Shown in pieces: positions 39,878 to 53,471 of a DNA stretch of 64,000 nucleotides. The notes under the pieces were generated by a model. The model was given only the letters and a program-made list of their open reading frames with translations. It was not told the DNA's origin and ran no database searches. Position 1 is the first letter of the stretch, and every line of letters starts with the position of its first letter. This stretch comes from Lingula anatina (taxonomy: Eukaryota > Animalia > Brachiopoda), in contig CM120647.1 of the NCBI GenBank assembly GCA_051362555.1, forward strand, positions 4,650,001-4,714,000, in the 5' to 3' direction. Position numbers and translations under genes: made by a program.

Positions 39878-42269
39878 AAAAATAACACTTATTTTAATGT
39901 CTTTTTATAGATTTCTTCAAAAAGAAATTTACCCCACAACAATATGACCCAAACGACGAACGACCCAGCATCTGCCCAAAAATCCTTCGAGTATACGGGA
40001 AGAGCTTGGTTAATCGCGACTTTCCTATTCCCAAAGAACCGGATCTACTGCGAGGAAAGGATGCCGTTTCTACTGAAAGACACAAGGATATCGCCCTACA
40101 CCATTTAATTCGTTCCAAGGGAACTAAAATATCTAAAGACATTTTAGAACTGGATGCCAAATTTAAATCTTATTTCAAAGACCCTGTAAAGAATGACGTT
40201 TCTCTTGAAATAATAAACCGCTACAAACGGCTCGTGGCGCAAGCAGAAGAGGATGAAATAAAGCAACATGACGTCATTCTATGCACGTGCACCACGGCCG
40301 GAAGTAAAGCCGTTCTAAGATCAGGGATCATAGAGCAAAGCATTGTGGATGAAAGCGGCATGTGTGTTGAGCCTGATTGTCTCGTACCCATCGTGCACTC
40401 AAAAGCCAAGCAAATCGTGCTTATTGGAGACCACAAGCAACTAAGACCGATAGTATTAAATCAGCTTGCGCGGGACATGGGATTGGAAAGGTCTTTGTTT
40501 GAGAGATATGCTACGCAGTTTCCTGAGCAAACGATCATGCTGAACAAGCAGTACAGAATGGTACGTACGCAGAAGTCGTGACGATTTTTTTTTGCCATCG
40601 TTTCAAAGAGCATGCAAAGCCATGGATTTTTTTGCAGGGTCTATTCCTTAAAAGTCGCCCATCATTAAGATATGAATTCATAGTTATGGTGCTCTCGATT
40701 TTCATTTATTTATGTATCAGTCTTCTGGTTGACAGCTGACGATCATCAGACTCAAAAAGTAAATTTAGTAAAAAAAGGTGTATAGTGAATTATTGTCGTA
40801 TATATTTATTCATTTAGCATCCAGATATATGCGACTTTCCGTCGAGTGAATTTTACGATGGCCAACTGTATAGTCCGCCTGTGCTGAGGTTTGCCAGTGA
40901 CCCGATGTTCAGGGATTTCACCCCAGCAGCCGAGGTTCTTTGGCCTAGAATAAGACAAGGTCCAATGCTGATAGAAGACAAACGCTTCGTGATGTGCCAC
41001 GTAGAGGGCGAGGAGGAGAGCCTGGTTATTTCGACACCAGAGGGCGGAGAAATGTCCAAGAAAAATAAGGCTGAGATACAGGAAGTTGTTAGTATTTTTT
41101 TCCATTATTCTTATTTACGCCATTATATTATACAGTATGTCTGATATATATTATTATATATTTGTCGGCAAAAGTATACATTCTCCATTCAAAATTAATT
41201 TCATGAGAATAACTTTCTTTGAGGAGAAGGGCAATACAAAATATGCCATTTTCAATAATTTCGATATAGGCCTACATTTTTTCTATAACTTTGCGTTCGG
41301 TTTGCTGTCTTCATATTTCTACTCAATTCGCTGTGCAAGTATTCTGGTGCAGCTCGCCCCAGTAATTGATATATGGTTACTTTAACCTTTCAAAAAGAAA
41401 GTACACGGTAATGTTCCCTCGGTGCATTTGTGAGTGGGGCAGCAGGGAGATTGGAATAACCTCAGTTTCTATGGTAATCGTAACCAGTCGGGTCGTTGAC
41501 ATTAATTGCACTGTATAATATTGACCCATCTTGACTGAGGACATTTAAGTGCATTCAACGTTTGAATATATCCATTTCTATACTTCAAAAGGAACGCATC
41601 TACAGCATCTTGGTGAGCAAGACATCCCTGAACTTATCCAAAGCGAACATCATGGTACTGTCTCAATACAGGGCGCAAGTCAACGGGATCGAGAAGGCGC
41701 TAAAAGAACGACATGGCGAGGGGGTTCAAGTGAGCACAGTGGTGGCTAGTCAGGGTAAGTCCATGTCCAATAATAAATGAATAAATAAATAAAATAAAAT
41801 AAAATAAAAAAAATAATTTAAAAAAACTTATATCAGGTTCCCTGGCTAAGAACTCCATGACCAACGTTTTATTGTCACATACACACCTATTCCTTAGCAA
41901 AATATCAGGCTGCATTATTGTTTCTTGCAATTTTGCAGTACGTGTGAGGCAATATAGCTGTAAATTAGTAGCAGTATATTTTTCTTGCAAACTCCTGCAA
42001 TCTCGTTTCTGCGAACTTTTAGTAGGGGTTAATATATGGGGCTTATGTCAACCACAAAAAGGAATGGGAGGCAGATTTATTAAGGTCCCTAGCGGACTAT
42101 CATTCCTGTCACACTGGCATTGACACCAGAAAAAGCACTCCACCAGACTAATATTAGACATCAGTGCGCTTTTATAGGTTCTAGATTCATGTACATGTAC
42201 AATGTGTTAATGATTTTTCATTTGCGATCATCTTTACTAATATGGTTTCAGAGCTCTGATCTGTTTTTT

Positions 42270-42304
<35 letters not shown>

Positions 42305-43346
42305 TGTGTGTAATTATCAACGGCAAAGCTTCAGAATGTACGGCCCTGACTCCAGAACTAGCACCCCGTCACCAATGTTAGGGACCATTCCTAGACCCCA
42401 TCGTACTAATCGTGGATCGATCTATCTTCGAGGCGATTCTTGCTAAACTGCAATCAACTTGATCGTTTGGGGCTGCTAGGGGGTAATTAATGTTTAGTAG
42501 CTTTAGTAGGCCTGCCAGACAGATAAGCCGCTTAAGCTGAAACGATTAAGCAAGAAACCCCTCGGAGGTGGATCGATCCTGTTAGATCGACCTAGGTTTG
42601 GGAATCCAGTCTTAGGTATCAGTGCGCGTTTAAAAGCAATGTGGATCCTTGGCAACATTAGCTGACTGCAAACGTGATCATTGACTTTTTGAAATCCCTA
42701 CATTCATGCACAATGAGTTCGTAATTTTTATTTCACCAGGTGGAGAATGGGACATCGTCATTTTCAGTACCGTCCGCTCCATCCCAGAGTACCAGATTGT
42801 GCAAAGGCCGACCAAGGGCTGGTGTAAAGTCAACCTTGGCTTTATAACAGATGAACATCAGATTAACGTGGCACTTACTCGCCCCAGAAGGTTCCTGATT
42901 ATCATTGGTAATTACAAGACCCTTATGCTCCTTACCAATTACATTTGGACATTTGATGAGATGAAACAAATTGCAAAATGATTTATGTTAACATGTATAA
43001 TATTTTAATAAAAATTTAGTTAATGCATTTTTCTTACTGTATTTCGCGGGTATTGTTGGATAACACAGTAAACCAGAAGTGAGGTAAAGTTCACTGTAAC
43101 AAACATCATAGTTTGACGCAGTTTCATATACAAATCGAAGGATTGTTTGCTGTAGTATGTCTCTGTAGGAACCCTGGTTGAGGTTGCCACCTAGAAAAAC
43201 CAACTGGTTCTGGGCACCGGAATAAAATGCTCTCCAAACAGAGACGTTAACACCCCCTGCTTGCAGAGAGAGAAAATAAGAGAGAAAATAAATATTTTGT
43301 AGAAAATGTACTCACCCAAAATAATATCCCATATTAAGTAGTAACC

Positions 43347-43404
<58 letters not shown>

Positions 43405-44131
43405 CACTTCCAGTGAGGACATAATCAGCGCAAAGAGATATGAATATACATTTATGATGACGGGAATTCCTTGTTGTTATATCATGTCTGATTTTAATTT
43501 CAGGGAACAAGAAGCTACTTAAATGTGATCCCACTTTTAAAAAACTGATAGCACATTATGAAGAAAACGGGAGAATCAAAGATGCTGGCGAATTTCTTCC
43601 AAGGGGCATTAAAGGTATGAAATAATCGAAATTATTGTATGTATTTGAATGTAAGTGTGAAAAGCAATTCATGTTGGATGTATTTGTAGCATTTTTTCTA
43701 ATCGCTTCCCTTATACGTGTTCGATACTGCATGTATTGAACCGTTTTTTCCTCTCTCTCTTTGATTTCAGTGAGGTTTATATTATTATTTTAAAGCACTA
43801 ATCCCTTTTGATGTGCAGTCTAAGCTTTTTTTTTTTCTTTTTGTCACAAACATTTTTTTCTCTTTAACAAATTATACAAAAAAATATCTGAGTTTATTGT
43901 TTCAAAAGCCAAACTTTGTTAGAAGAATATGATTCTAAACCACTTGTACCTACGGCCCGTATTCATTTGATGTAATGCGTTATACTTTATGCTCTAGGAA
44001 CACCATTTTACAAGAAATTGCCTCCGAGGTTGCAAAGGAAGCTTGACGCTGGGGAGTATTATCAAGAAGAAAGACAACGCTCAGACGATGGAGATAACGA
44101 AGTAAAATTTGAGGATGAAGAGGGGCTTTGA
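24557..44131 (+). CDS. HELZ2: HELZ2-like exoribonuclease/helicase (~2200 aa): TPR-like N-terminus + RNase II (RNB) domain + UPF1-like SF1 helicase
   Basis: Phase-consistent exons 24557-24594, 26106-26124, 26752-26955, 27440-27476, 28063-28172, 30099-30320, 30477-30513, 30689-30840, 31266-31308 (donor uncertain), 31551-31587, 32109-32259, 33199-33319, 34009-37483, 38029-38129, 38780-39022, 39478-39609, 39911-40560, 40818-41087, 41592-41754, 42740-42907, 43504-43614, 43998-44131. RNB motifs: TIDSADTRDIDDALS, GVHIADV, VEEFMILAN, HHGL..YTWFTSPIRRYVDIVVHR. Helicase motifs: QGPPGTGKT, PSNKSVD, IVDESGM, LIGDHKQL, QYRMHP, VASQGGEWD, NVALTRP. The 5' exons are less certain than the 3' exons. Confidence 0.88.
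25675..25945. mobile_element. tagatcgatcta-family MITE in HELZ2-like intron
   Basis: tagggaccattcccagacc ... gatcgatctaggaatggaaacccagtctta; collinear with 42378-42615. Confidence 0.55.
28190..29612. mobile_element. Composite of GAAT-rich DNA element halves and an internal MITE
   Basis: The left segment (28190-28615) is an inverted counterpart of the right segment (29140-29610) and of 18116-18500. The inner element (~28628-29138) has TIRs ctatttcacacagaccacgaatcccacgaat / attcgtgggattcgtggtctgtgtgaaatag and a ~100-bp internal tandem duplication. Confidence 0.65.
33725..33950. mobile_element. Tc1/mariner-type MITE, copy 3
   Basis: acaatagaagtgtcaccccctgaatcag ... ggttcagtagggtgagacttccattg; homologous to the copies at 5415 and 22502. 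Confidence 0.6.
42378..42615. mobile_element. tagatcgatcta-family MITE
   Basis: ttagggaccattcctagacc ... ggatcgatcctgttagatcgacctaggtttgggaatccagtctta. Confidence 0.55.
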
Positions 44132-46078
44132 AAGACACTTTCTAACGTGTGGCTTCCAAATTGTAATTTTTACGGCTTCTGGGCTGGTACATTTCTTATG
44201 ATCATGGTGTTTGAAATAGTATAACGATCTACGAGTACAAAAAAAGCGCAGGAAGTTTGGTAATTGACGATTAGATTGACGCGAAACGACACCTGTTAAG
44301 TATCACATTTTTACACCTTATTCTGATGATACAGTGTTATACTGGGAAAAAGAATGAGGGTTTTGCACGGTCGTTTCATAATAGTAAGTCACGTCAGCCC
44401 ATGCAGGATGTGATCAGATTACTAAGGCGTTCTCATTCATATTTTAAATAGAAAAATTAGACTTAAAGAGGGGAACATTAAAAACGCCGAGTTACAAGGC
44501 TTTGTTGCTATTATTATAACTTTTTAAATCATGATTTAGGTAAACGACAGGGGTTTATATCGATTCTAATGAAAAACAGATCTCCAACATTACTTAGTCT
44601 CGTTTATTCGATATTCGGACTATTGACACTGCTGTTGTACAATCAGCAGTTATAAGCTGGTTAACTTTAATTTACAATTGTGTACTAAATGGATGTCCAC
44701 ATTGGTAGGATTAAATATTACAACACATGCAGATTATTTAACCATGACTTTCAATCTTTCCATGTTAAGATTACCACATTACTTCAATTCTCTTGCAGCT
44801 GCACTGGTTACCAGCTTGGTCTAGGTTTTTATTTAAAATTTAAGTTTAAACTCATATTGCATTTTATAATCTAGTATGTATAACTGCATTGGTTAAGCAT
44901 CATAACCCAAAACAACCATGCCAACCATTTAAAAAGCAGTTCATGTTAAAATGCATTGAATGAAAAAAAAATGTTGGATTTTTGTAACAGTATTATTATT
45001 TTTATTTAAATCTTACTTTGAATACTTTTAAAATTTTACTTTAAATTACTATTTAAGTAGTCAACCTTTCAGGTATATATCATTTTTGGTATTTATAAAC
45101 TTTCATTAATTTGTTATAAGGTCTACTCAACATGATATGGATTGAAGACATTATATTCTTTAAAGAATGCGAACAAATATTAATTATTATTATTATTATT
45201 ATAATTATTATTATTATTTGTAGTTGTAGTCGTACAAGTCATAACTGACGAACATAATTAAAAATGTACATGTTAGAAATATGAATCGTTTCGGGGGAAA
45301 AATCAAATGACCCCATTCTGTGTACACATCTTCTTTGTTTTCGGATGCCCACGGCATATCTACAAGTATCTGATGGTCGATTTTGATTAAAAGAATCTAA
45401 AATATAACCAATTAACTAATGCATATCTAATGGAGAAGAAAGAAAAACGTTTTAATTATTTTAATCATTAAAATACTGTTGCGGTAATTTATATTAAAAA
45501 TTAGTACATTACAGGGGAGGTAGGGGGATTGCACATCGAAGGGCAGCTGTAGGACGGAGTAAGCAGGGATCAACCCGAGGGCGACTGTACAACTATTTTC
45601 GAGTTTGTAAATCTTTGCCTTGGCGCAGTGCCTGGGGTGCAGTGCTAAGAGGTTGCTGGCATTGCTTTTCTGGCCTGTCTGTGTTTCTCAGTAATATTCC
45701 GGGTGCACCATTCTGTTCACACTTTTTTTTTTTTTTTTTTTTTTTTTGGGGGGGGGTAGTTACCGACATGGTTGAGATTCTATCTTGTGGAAATTCGTGT
45801 ATACGCGTATATCAAGCAAGCGAAGCGTGATAGAGGCGTGGCGGAAATAAAAACGGTGGCTAAGAGATTCTTGCTTTTTAAGGGTAACTAAGGGAGCTGA
45901 TGTGGAATATTACAGTGTATCATCATGAAAATTTCTAAGAGTACTTATTAAGTACAATTCTTACTCAATTTTCTATGAATGTCTTAGGTATGTCGCTTCT
46001 TAAAAATATTCAGAAATGAAAGACACAGCAAGGCAGAATATATCATTTCTTAGTTTGTATACGGATGGTGCAATAACC

Positions 46079-46113
<35 letters not shown>

Positions 46114-47694
46114 GAGAAGTTTTAGATTGGGAGTGAGCCAAGCTATTTTTGACATAAAAAAACGAGCACACACTTCGTCTCCTTCAGTGGCAAGAAAATA
46201 GTTACCACAGAAGAAACCAGGGGATATTAAGTCGTATAAGTTTTAAGCCACACACAAATGTGCTCTTAGTGATATGAAAGCAGAAAGAGGCTACGTTAAA
46301 CGCCTATCTCCAAATTTCAATATTAATTTGTTTCATATGGTCTAGAAAAATTAATGGAAATCATACACACAAACTACACAAGTTTTTTTTTTTTTTTTTA
46401 TTATTCAGCAAGCTGATTTATAAAATGTCAGCAGATAAATGGGTCTAGCGAAATAAATTTAGTGCTATTACTATAGATACACAGCGTCCACTGTGGGTCA
46501 CTGGTTAATTGCTAAGATTTAGAAGTCATTTCGGTGATCTTTTTTTTTTCGAAAATGATTATAACCGTGCATATTAGAATTCAGAATCAATCAAATGACC
46601 AACATCCATTTCCTTCTTTACTTAAAAATGAATCTGCGATTATGGATAAAAAATTCGGTAATTGCGTGTATCTTTATTCAGTAACCGTGCGAATAGTTTA
46701 CAAGTTTGCGGACCCCCCCCCTGGAATATTTCGGGACCCTGCATAAAACAAATGAAATTTAATAAAACAAGGAAAACTATATTACAGCCGTTGGGATAGA
46801 TGTACCAAAGAGCGCTTATATGCACTTTACTGATGCAACTTTTCGTTTACAGGGTATGTACTAGGACCAAAATGAAACTCGTGAAGACCAACTTTGACTG
46901 GAAGCAAAATGTGCATCTAAGTTAAGGAAATTTGCCGTGCCTTTCAAAAGATCAGGTTGTCGTTTATCAATATATTTACATGTATTTATTATGACTTAGA
47001 TAAAAGTAGACAAAGACACATGTCTTTGATAAAATGATACAAGCGTTTTGTTTTAATGACGCAGGGACCATTTAAGTTTTCCTGTTGATATTAGGCAGAT
47101 ATAATGCTCCGATTAAAATACTAAAGATAAAAATGCTAGATACGGGTTGGTCAGACAGATCTCTTGCGATTTATTACTAGCATTACCACGTTCAAGGGCT
47201 ATAATGTGAAACGAAAAAGATTTTTATCACTGATATATGCAGACTGAATTGTGATAACTCTAGAGACTGCACTCAGCAGACGAGGATTAAGGGTTTTCTC
47301 AACTACAATTAACATATTCAAAACCTCAGATTCACAATTGATAAACTTGCACGTAAAGGACGTATGCTAACAAATGAAAAGAAGCTTACCGGCTGAGCTA
47401 AGGAGTCTTCCACAGTATTTAAACGAGCGCGTCTCTGGAAAATCGACTTTAGGAAGCAAACAAAACAAAGGGATATACGTATACTCGCCAGCAGGGCTGC
47501 TTACAAGTAAGTGGAAGATTTTTTGATAATACATATCACTACAAGTACTGCTGAAAACACCGGATTTTTGAAAAAATAATGATAACACTAAAATTGTCAT
47601 CGTTTTCATTTTATTGCTGAATGTTTTTATTGCTTTTATGCAGCGTAATTTTTTGTTTCGTTTTTTTTTCCAGATCAACAATTTGCGGTGAGCC

Positions 47695-50600
47695 ATGGCT
47701 GTCATTATACCTCCTTTTGCTGGTAAGATCAGCGGAATATCAACACGCTATTCGCCTTCACCATCATTACTCATAAGCACCTCGATATAGAAAAGGAAAA
47801 AAAATCTTATACTCAAATTGTGTCTCGTAATGACGAGACTGAAAGCTGTGTTTCTACAGTGACCAGAGCCTGTTTTTAAGAGTGTTATTTCTTTTTGGGG
47901 ATACAGCTCATGATGTTGACTTTGATCTGAGCATATCTCATGCAGCACGTTTCAGATGTTAATAACGTTCAAAAATCCATTGTTCATTACCAAAATTTAG
48001 TGGTTTGGGTGAAATAAACCGTTTTTTGTTTTACCAAATATAAAAACCATCGCAATTCCCAGTTACATTTATATTTCGAAGTACTTGCTGTGCAGATAAT
48101 TGAATGTCGTTATAATCACTGCAGACAAAGGTACATTATTGTATTTCCAGGTTATACAAGCGATAACAGTACAAGTCTCTTCAGTGCTTGTTCATCGGCC
48201 GCTATTTTCCCGCCACTGGCTTGTGGGGACAATACGCTGTGCACACGTAACCCGCTGTTCTCGATCTTCACCGGCTCCAACCAGGTGTGCCTCTGCCCTT
48301 TGACAGCTTACCCCTTGGTGAATGGAACGTGTCAGACCAGTGAGTGATTTTTTGGCATTTTTAAATGGTACAATTTACTGTTATGGGTGGAAGTCACAAC
48401 TGCCCCAAAGGGTAGTAAATATAAAATATTTCTAAGTCATTCTTGCAATGTGTAACTGTTTACTGAGAATATTTTTCTGTTAAAGCAGAATGTGCAAATT
48501 CCACGATTCCTCAGGATTTCTAAAATTCATCAATTCCTGGCGGCTCTTGGAATGCATAGTCGCCGTGGAACAGGGGACTTAGTAGCCCGAATTGTGCGTG
48601 GATCTATGTATCTTTGTGATTAACTCGGAAAATATGACAATGACTTGTTCTAAAAATTGATATGCATTTTGTCATTTGGTTACTTTGGCTGGGCCCTTTC
48701 GTATACTCTGTCTGGGAGTTGTCATGGAGTTGAAATCTTGTCTTATGTTGAAAAAAGCTTGTAAAGTTTAGTGTGAACTTTATTTTTGTTATAAAAATGT
48801 TAACGTGGGGGAATCTATTGTCTAGCTGGTACTATTGTTAACAGAAACCAAACAGCGCATGAATGACAATGTTATTTCCATGGTTACCGCGCCAGGCTGT
48901 ATGAACAACCCACAGGGACCCGCAGAGTAAGGAAGGTGATTTTCCGGCGGGTCTTTATATATATATATATATATCAGTCATTCTTTGCTAGTGGTGCACT
49001 GCAGGGGGACCATAACAAGAATGTTATTTAAATTTAGATAGCCAACCAAATTCTCATGACATCGTTGTGTATGTTTCAATAACAAATCAAAGAAGCTGCA
49101 TGAGCAAGGAGGATGTTGTTATAAAAGCAAAAAAATAGAAAAAGCAGAAAATATATCGAAATAACCCTCAAAATGGCGTCCTTTTTTGTGGAATTTTGAC
49201 CCTACCTCTATTTAAGAACAGTTTGTTTAGGGTTTGAATGGATTATTGAAGCAGGAAATACATCTACTGCAAGAAGATATAATAAACAGAACGTGCAAAT
49301 TGTTATTTAAATAAAAATTTATTTGAAGTCACTGAAAAATGATCACAAAATTAGCTTAACTTACGATACATGCGGTGTCCCACCCCGATGAAAATTTCAT
49401 CTAATCCTATCTTTCCGTATTAAAACTGTTCAATCGTCCAAAGTAGTATGTCGGTTAGTTTGTGTCACGAAATCCAAGATAATATCAGTTTTCTTAAGAA
49501 TTTCACATTTATTGCTCAGCAAGGTCGATTTTTCTTCACCGCGTCCCAATATAACGTTCGCAACGCTGAAACTTCAGAGATCGATTTTTATCAGACGACT
49601 TTAAAATGCCGCGTGAAAATTATACATCGATAGCGATCTTCTTCCATACTCACTAACTGATGACGTCTTACACACGAATGGCTTCTTTTGCACACTAAAA
49701 AGACCAGCTCAAACTGGCGGGTGGCCCATTCTGATAACGCATAACGCAATGACGCTGTCGAGATAGGATGCAGGGCACAGGTGTAATTCCCTCGATTTAA
49801 CCGTCACAGGATTGTTTATTGGGATCTTCTTTGTATGAAGGTGAGAAATAATGAGTTTCGTTTCATTTTTCTTCAATTGTTTCAACATATTTGTGTACCG
49901 ATTGATTTTTACCATTCTATAAGTAGGGTGACTTCGTCTGAACTTTCGTTTTGCGTCTGTTTCACATGGGGGACTAAAGGTCATATTGAACATGGTGACG
50001 CGGTGATACCGTATTCATGTTCTCTTGTTCTCGAAAACTCAATCATCGAAATTGAATTACTTTTTTTTAGTTTTGTCTTAAATTAAGCTGCTACACTGTA
50101 TTCCGTGCGTTTAAAATTTAACCGTCTGTAAAAACAGCAATAATGGATTACTAGCAACACTTACGTTACGCAATGAAGCACCGAAAATGGGTGAAGAAAA
50201 TGTGTCTCAGTAATGCGTGTTTGCCACTCATAATGCACTGTACTTTGTTTGAATAAGCAATAAACTATTTGTGATCTTAGGTTATCCATTGTTCGTTATC
50301 AGAGTTAACAGATTCTTTGTGTGATTTTTTTTCAGAATCCCAAGAGTGGATGCCTTAGTGAGCACAGAACAGATATCACCATTGGTCTACATATGTCAGG
50401 AAGAATGTTATAATTATGAACTTTGTGTTACACTGAACTTCATTTTGTTAAATTTTGTATTTAACTGAACTTTATTGTGTTAAAATAATAATAAAAAAAT
50501 AATAGTTCTGATAAAAAACTACAATCTGGAACATTCTTTAGATCAACTTTGTTCAGTGTGTGTCCCATATGACAGAGTTATAGTAAATAAAATATGTGCA

Positions 50601-51169
50601 TTATTCCTCTGTGTTTGTCAATTCCATTTTAAAAGCATGTGAAAGTGGTGTGCCCCTCATGAATGAAGTGTGTATGGATAATAGCAAAAATATTGTTATT
50701 ATTTACATGATTATAAAAAGTTTTTGTACCCGCGTCAATAACGTTACCGTGACCCACATATTCACCATTTTTATTAATTATGAAATGTGGATTAAATTCT
50801 TCCAAACCAGTTTTGAAGCATTGAGACAACACCCCCTTATGATTTAAACTAAAACTGAAAACATTCCATTAGACTTTCATTAGTTTGTGCAAAATATATT
50901 ACCCAGGGTAACGCGTCTTGGATTTGGTGAGTATAGCTGTTCAACTGTCCTGTGTGCCCTAAAAAGGGCAGCTGCTGTTTCCCTTTTTATGAAATGATAA
51001 ACTGTGATGGTGTAGCTATCACATCGCAAAATTACAGCTTCCCAGAGAAAGTTTGAAATTTTCGGTCAAATTCAACATTTTGTAACCACTAGCAAAGAAT
51101 GACAGATATATATATGTATATATAGTACTGATAAAGCATGTAAATCTAAAACATTTCTGTGCTCAGTAA

Positions 51170-51205
<36 letters not shown>

Positions 51206-52524
51206 TTAGTTGCCGGAACATCCTGCACGACCGATCAAGACTGCAGTGACAGGTCGGCCGACTGCGTTGGTTTGAGCGGTTTCGGATTGGAAACTTCTTT
51301 AGTTGAATTTCTGTTGGTATGTTAGCACAGTTATCAAAACCATGTACACAGAATTACAAACACATAACCGTCGCACACGGTTTGCTACATGTATTCATGC
51401 AACTATACACTCGAACCAATTTTAGTTTGCCTTACAAGGTGCGCAACCTTTTTTAAGCGCCTTTTTTCAGAACTTAAAAAATGACTTTCTTTGTAAAAGA
51501 AGAGTGAAGGTCGATGGAACTCACTAACCACCTTAACGATTTCTTAGGTCTTATATTCAATCGCATGAATTGAGCAAATATTGTTCAGTCTTATCAACGG
51601 CAAGATCGGCAGTAAGACAAAATAAATAAACACTGATGGAATTACATCATACTTGCTAGTGCAGCTTATTATCAACTCATACTATTTTATTTACACCCCC
51701 CCCCCCCCCTTACACTGGACGGCGTCCTTTCTGCGTCTCGTAGTACAGTCGGGTTTAAAAGTTAAAAAAAATACCAATAATAATTTAATTACGTGCCAAC
51801 AACTGGGCCATCATTAAGCATCCATGTTGTAACCAAGGCAATACACACAAAGGGCGCAGAAATGACGCTGTCCATTATAAAGAGGTTTTAAGACCAATGC
51901 ATAAATTTGATTACCGATTGCTATTTAGCTACTGCGCATGCGTTTCTTTTCTAGCCTGTCGTTGTGTTCGTGTGTCAGCTGACGGTTGAATTCAGCTTTC
52001 AAGTCCCGGTGTGGAGCTGCACTGGAAACACTTGCGCCGTCGTGGGAATCGGGACACCGTCGATATTTTCTGGAGGGTTCCCTGGAAGACGCAAACGGGA
52101 AGGTACGAATGAAGACACTCTGGGTTCACTCATAATAATACTTATCTTTAACTATGGGGATTGGATGACAGTTACATGTGAGATGTGTCATTGCAATAGG
52201 AAGAATTAAATGGTTTTGGTTTTAGGTATAGACCAGTATATATATATATGTTTGTTTTCCTATTCTGCAGTTTCTATCCCATCTGAAGCAATACAAGAAG
52301 ATCATGCTGCCCCGATAACAGCGTCTGTATCCAGGGAAACAAGAAGCGAAGCAGAGACTGCTTTTGGGCCGGAGATCTCTTCCGTCGGTGACTCCAAATT
52401 GAGGCAAAAACGGTGGACGCCAACAGTGGCGTGCACACCTGCTGTCCAAGCATGGAGCTTTATATTAAGCTTTATCACCAGCCAGACAAGTTCGTACGTC
52501 TGTAATCCGTTCGCACCTACTTAA
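47695..52524 (+). CDS. Orphan cysteine-rich precursor protein (~241 aa) with furin-type cleavage sites
   Basis: Phase-consistent exons 47695-47722, 48151-48339, 51210-51316, 51955-52102 and 52271-52524 (726 nt). EGF/EB-like Cys pattern (C..CGDNTLC..CLC..NGTC; SCTTDQDC), basic sites GRRKR, RETR and RQKR; Kozak gccATGG. Candidate non-coding exon ends at 47506; AATAAA at ~52801. Confidence 0.7.
51700..51890. mobile_element. PIF/Harbinger-like MITE
   Basis: ccccttacactggacggcgtcctttctgcgtc ... gacgctgtccattataaagagg. Confidence 0.55.
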
Positions 52525-53471
52525 AAACCAAATATCAATATACCCGTCAATCATTTAAGACAGTCAAAAGGACTCCATGCTAAGTCATAGCTATTGGTGT
52601 AAGTTACCAGGACTTCGATGCGTTTTTTTTTCTTGCTGACAGGATAGTTGAGATTTTATGACATGTTTGCAAATTTCATAAATGTTGGTAGGTTCAATTT
52701 CAAGAAGAAATTTTTGTGCACATTGCTTTGGACAGTGTATTATTTCAAAACGAAAATTTATGTCGACGTGTGAAGGGTGATGATCAATACATTGGTGAAT
52801 AATAAAATGTGGTATTTTGATCGTATCATAACTGTTGGCTTATTTGAACAGGATCATACTGTGACAGGAATAACGGAAGTTGACTCCGAGTAAAGGAATC
52901 GTAGCTCGTTCAATGTTACTTTATACACGTGATATTCACCCTCTAACTCAACCCTGGGAATGCATGTCCTGGGTCTTCCATTCCTAGGAACGCATGTTGT
53001 AGGACATAATTTCCTGGAATTTAAAGTCTTTAAAGTCCAGTGGACACCCATTACTTAGTATTCTAAGTCCTGCGGACAGGTATCGATGTCCTAGTCGGAC
53101 ATATTTTCCCAGCTAGACTAGATGTCCTCTGACATTTTCATATGGATGGTGTCTTAATTTTAGAAGATTTAAACGTGATGTTTAAGTATGTTATTACGCT
53201 TATTATAATTATTTGTATACATGTACCCCTATACACAATTTAATGGGTAACTTAAGATATTTCAAATAAACGAACAAATGACTAAAATTAATATTAGATT
53301 TAGGATATATATAAACTTTTTCATTTTATTTCCTATTTTAATTAAAATAAAATATCAAAATATGAAACATTTGAGGTTCGCGCCAGTCAATGTACCTTAT
53401 GAAATATCTCGGCCATCCACATCCACATTCCTGGGGTACACACCTTTAAATTTTGGCTGGTGCCCATCGGT

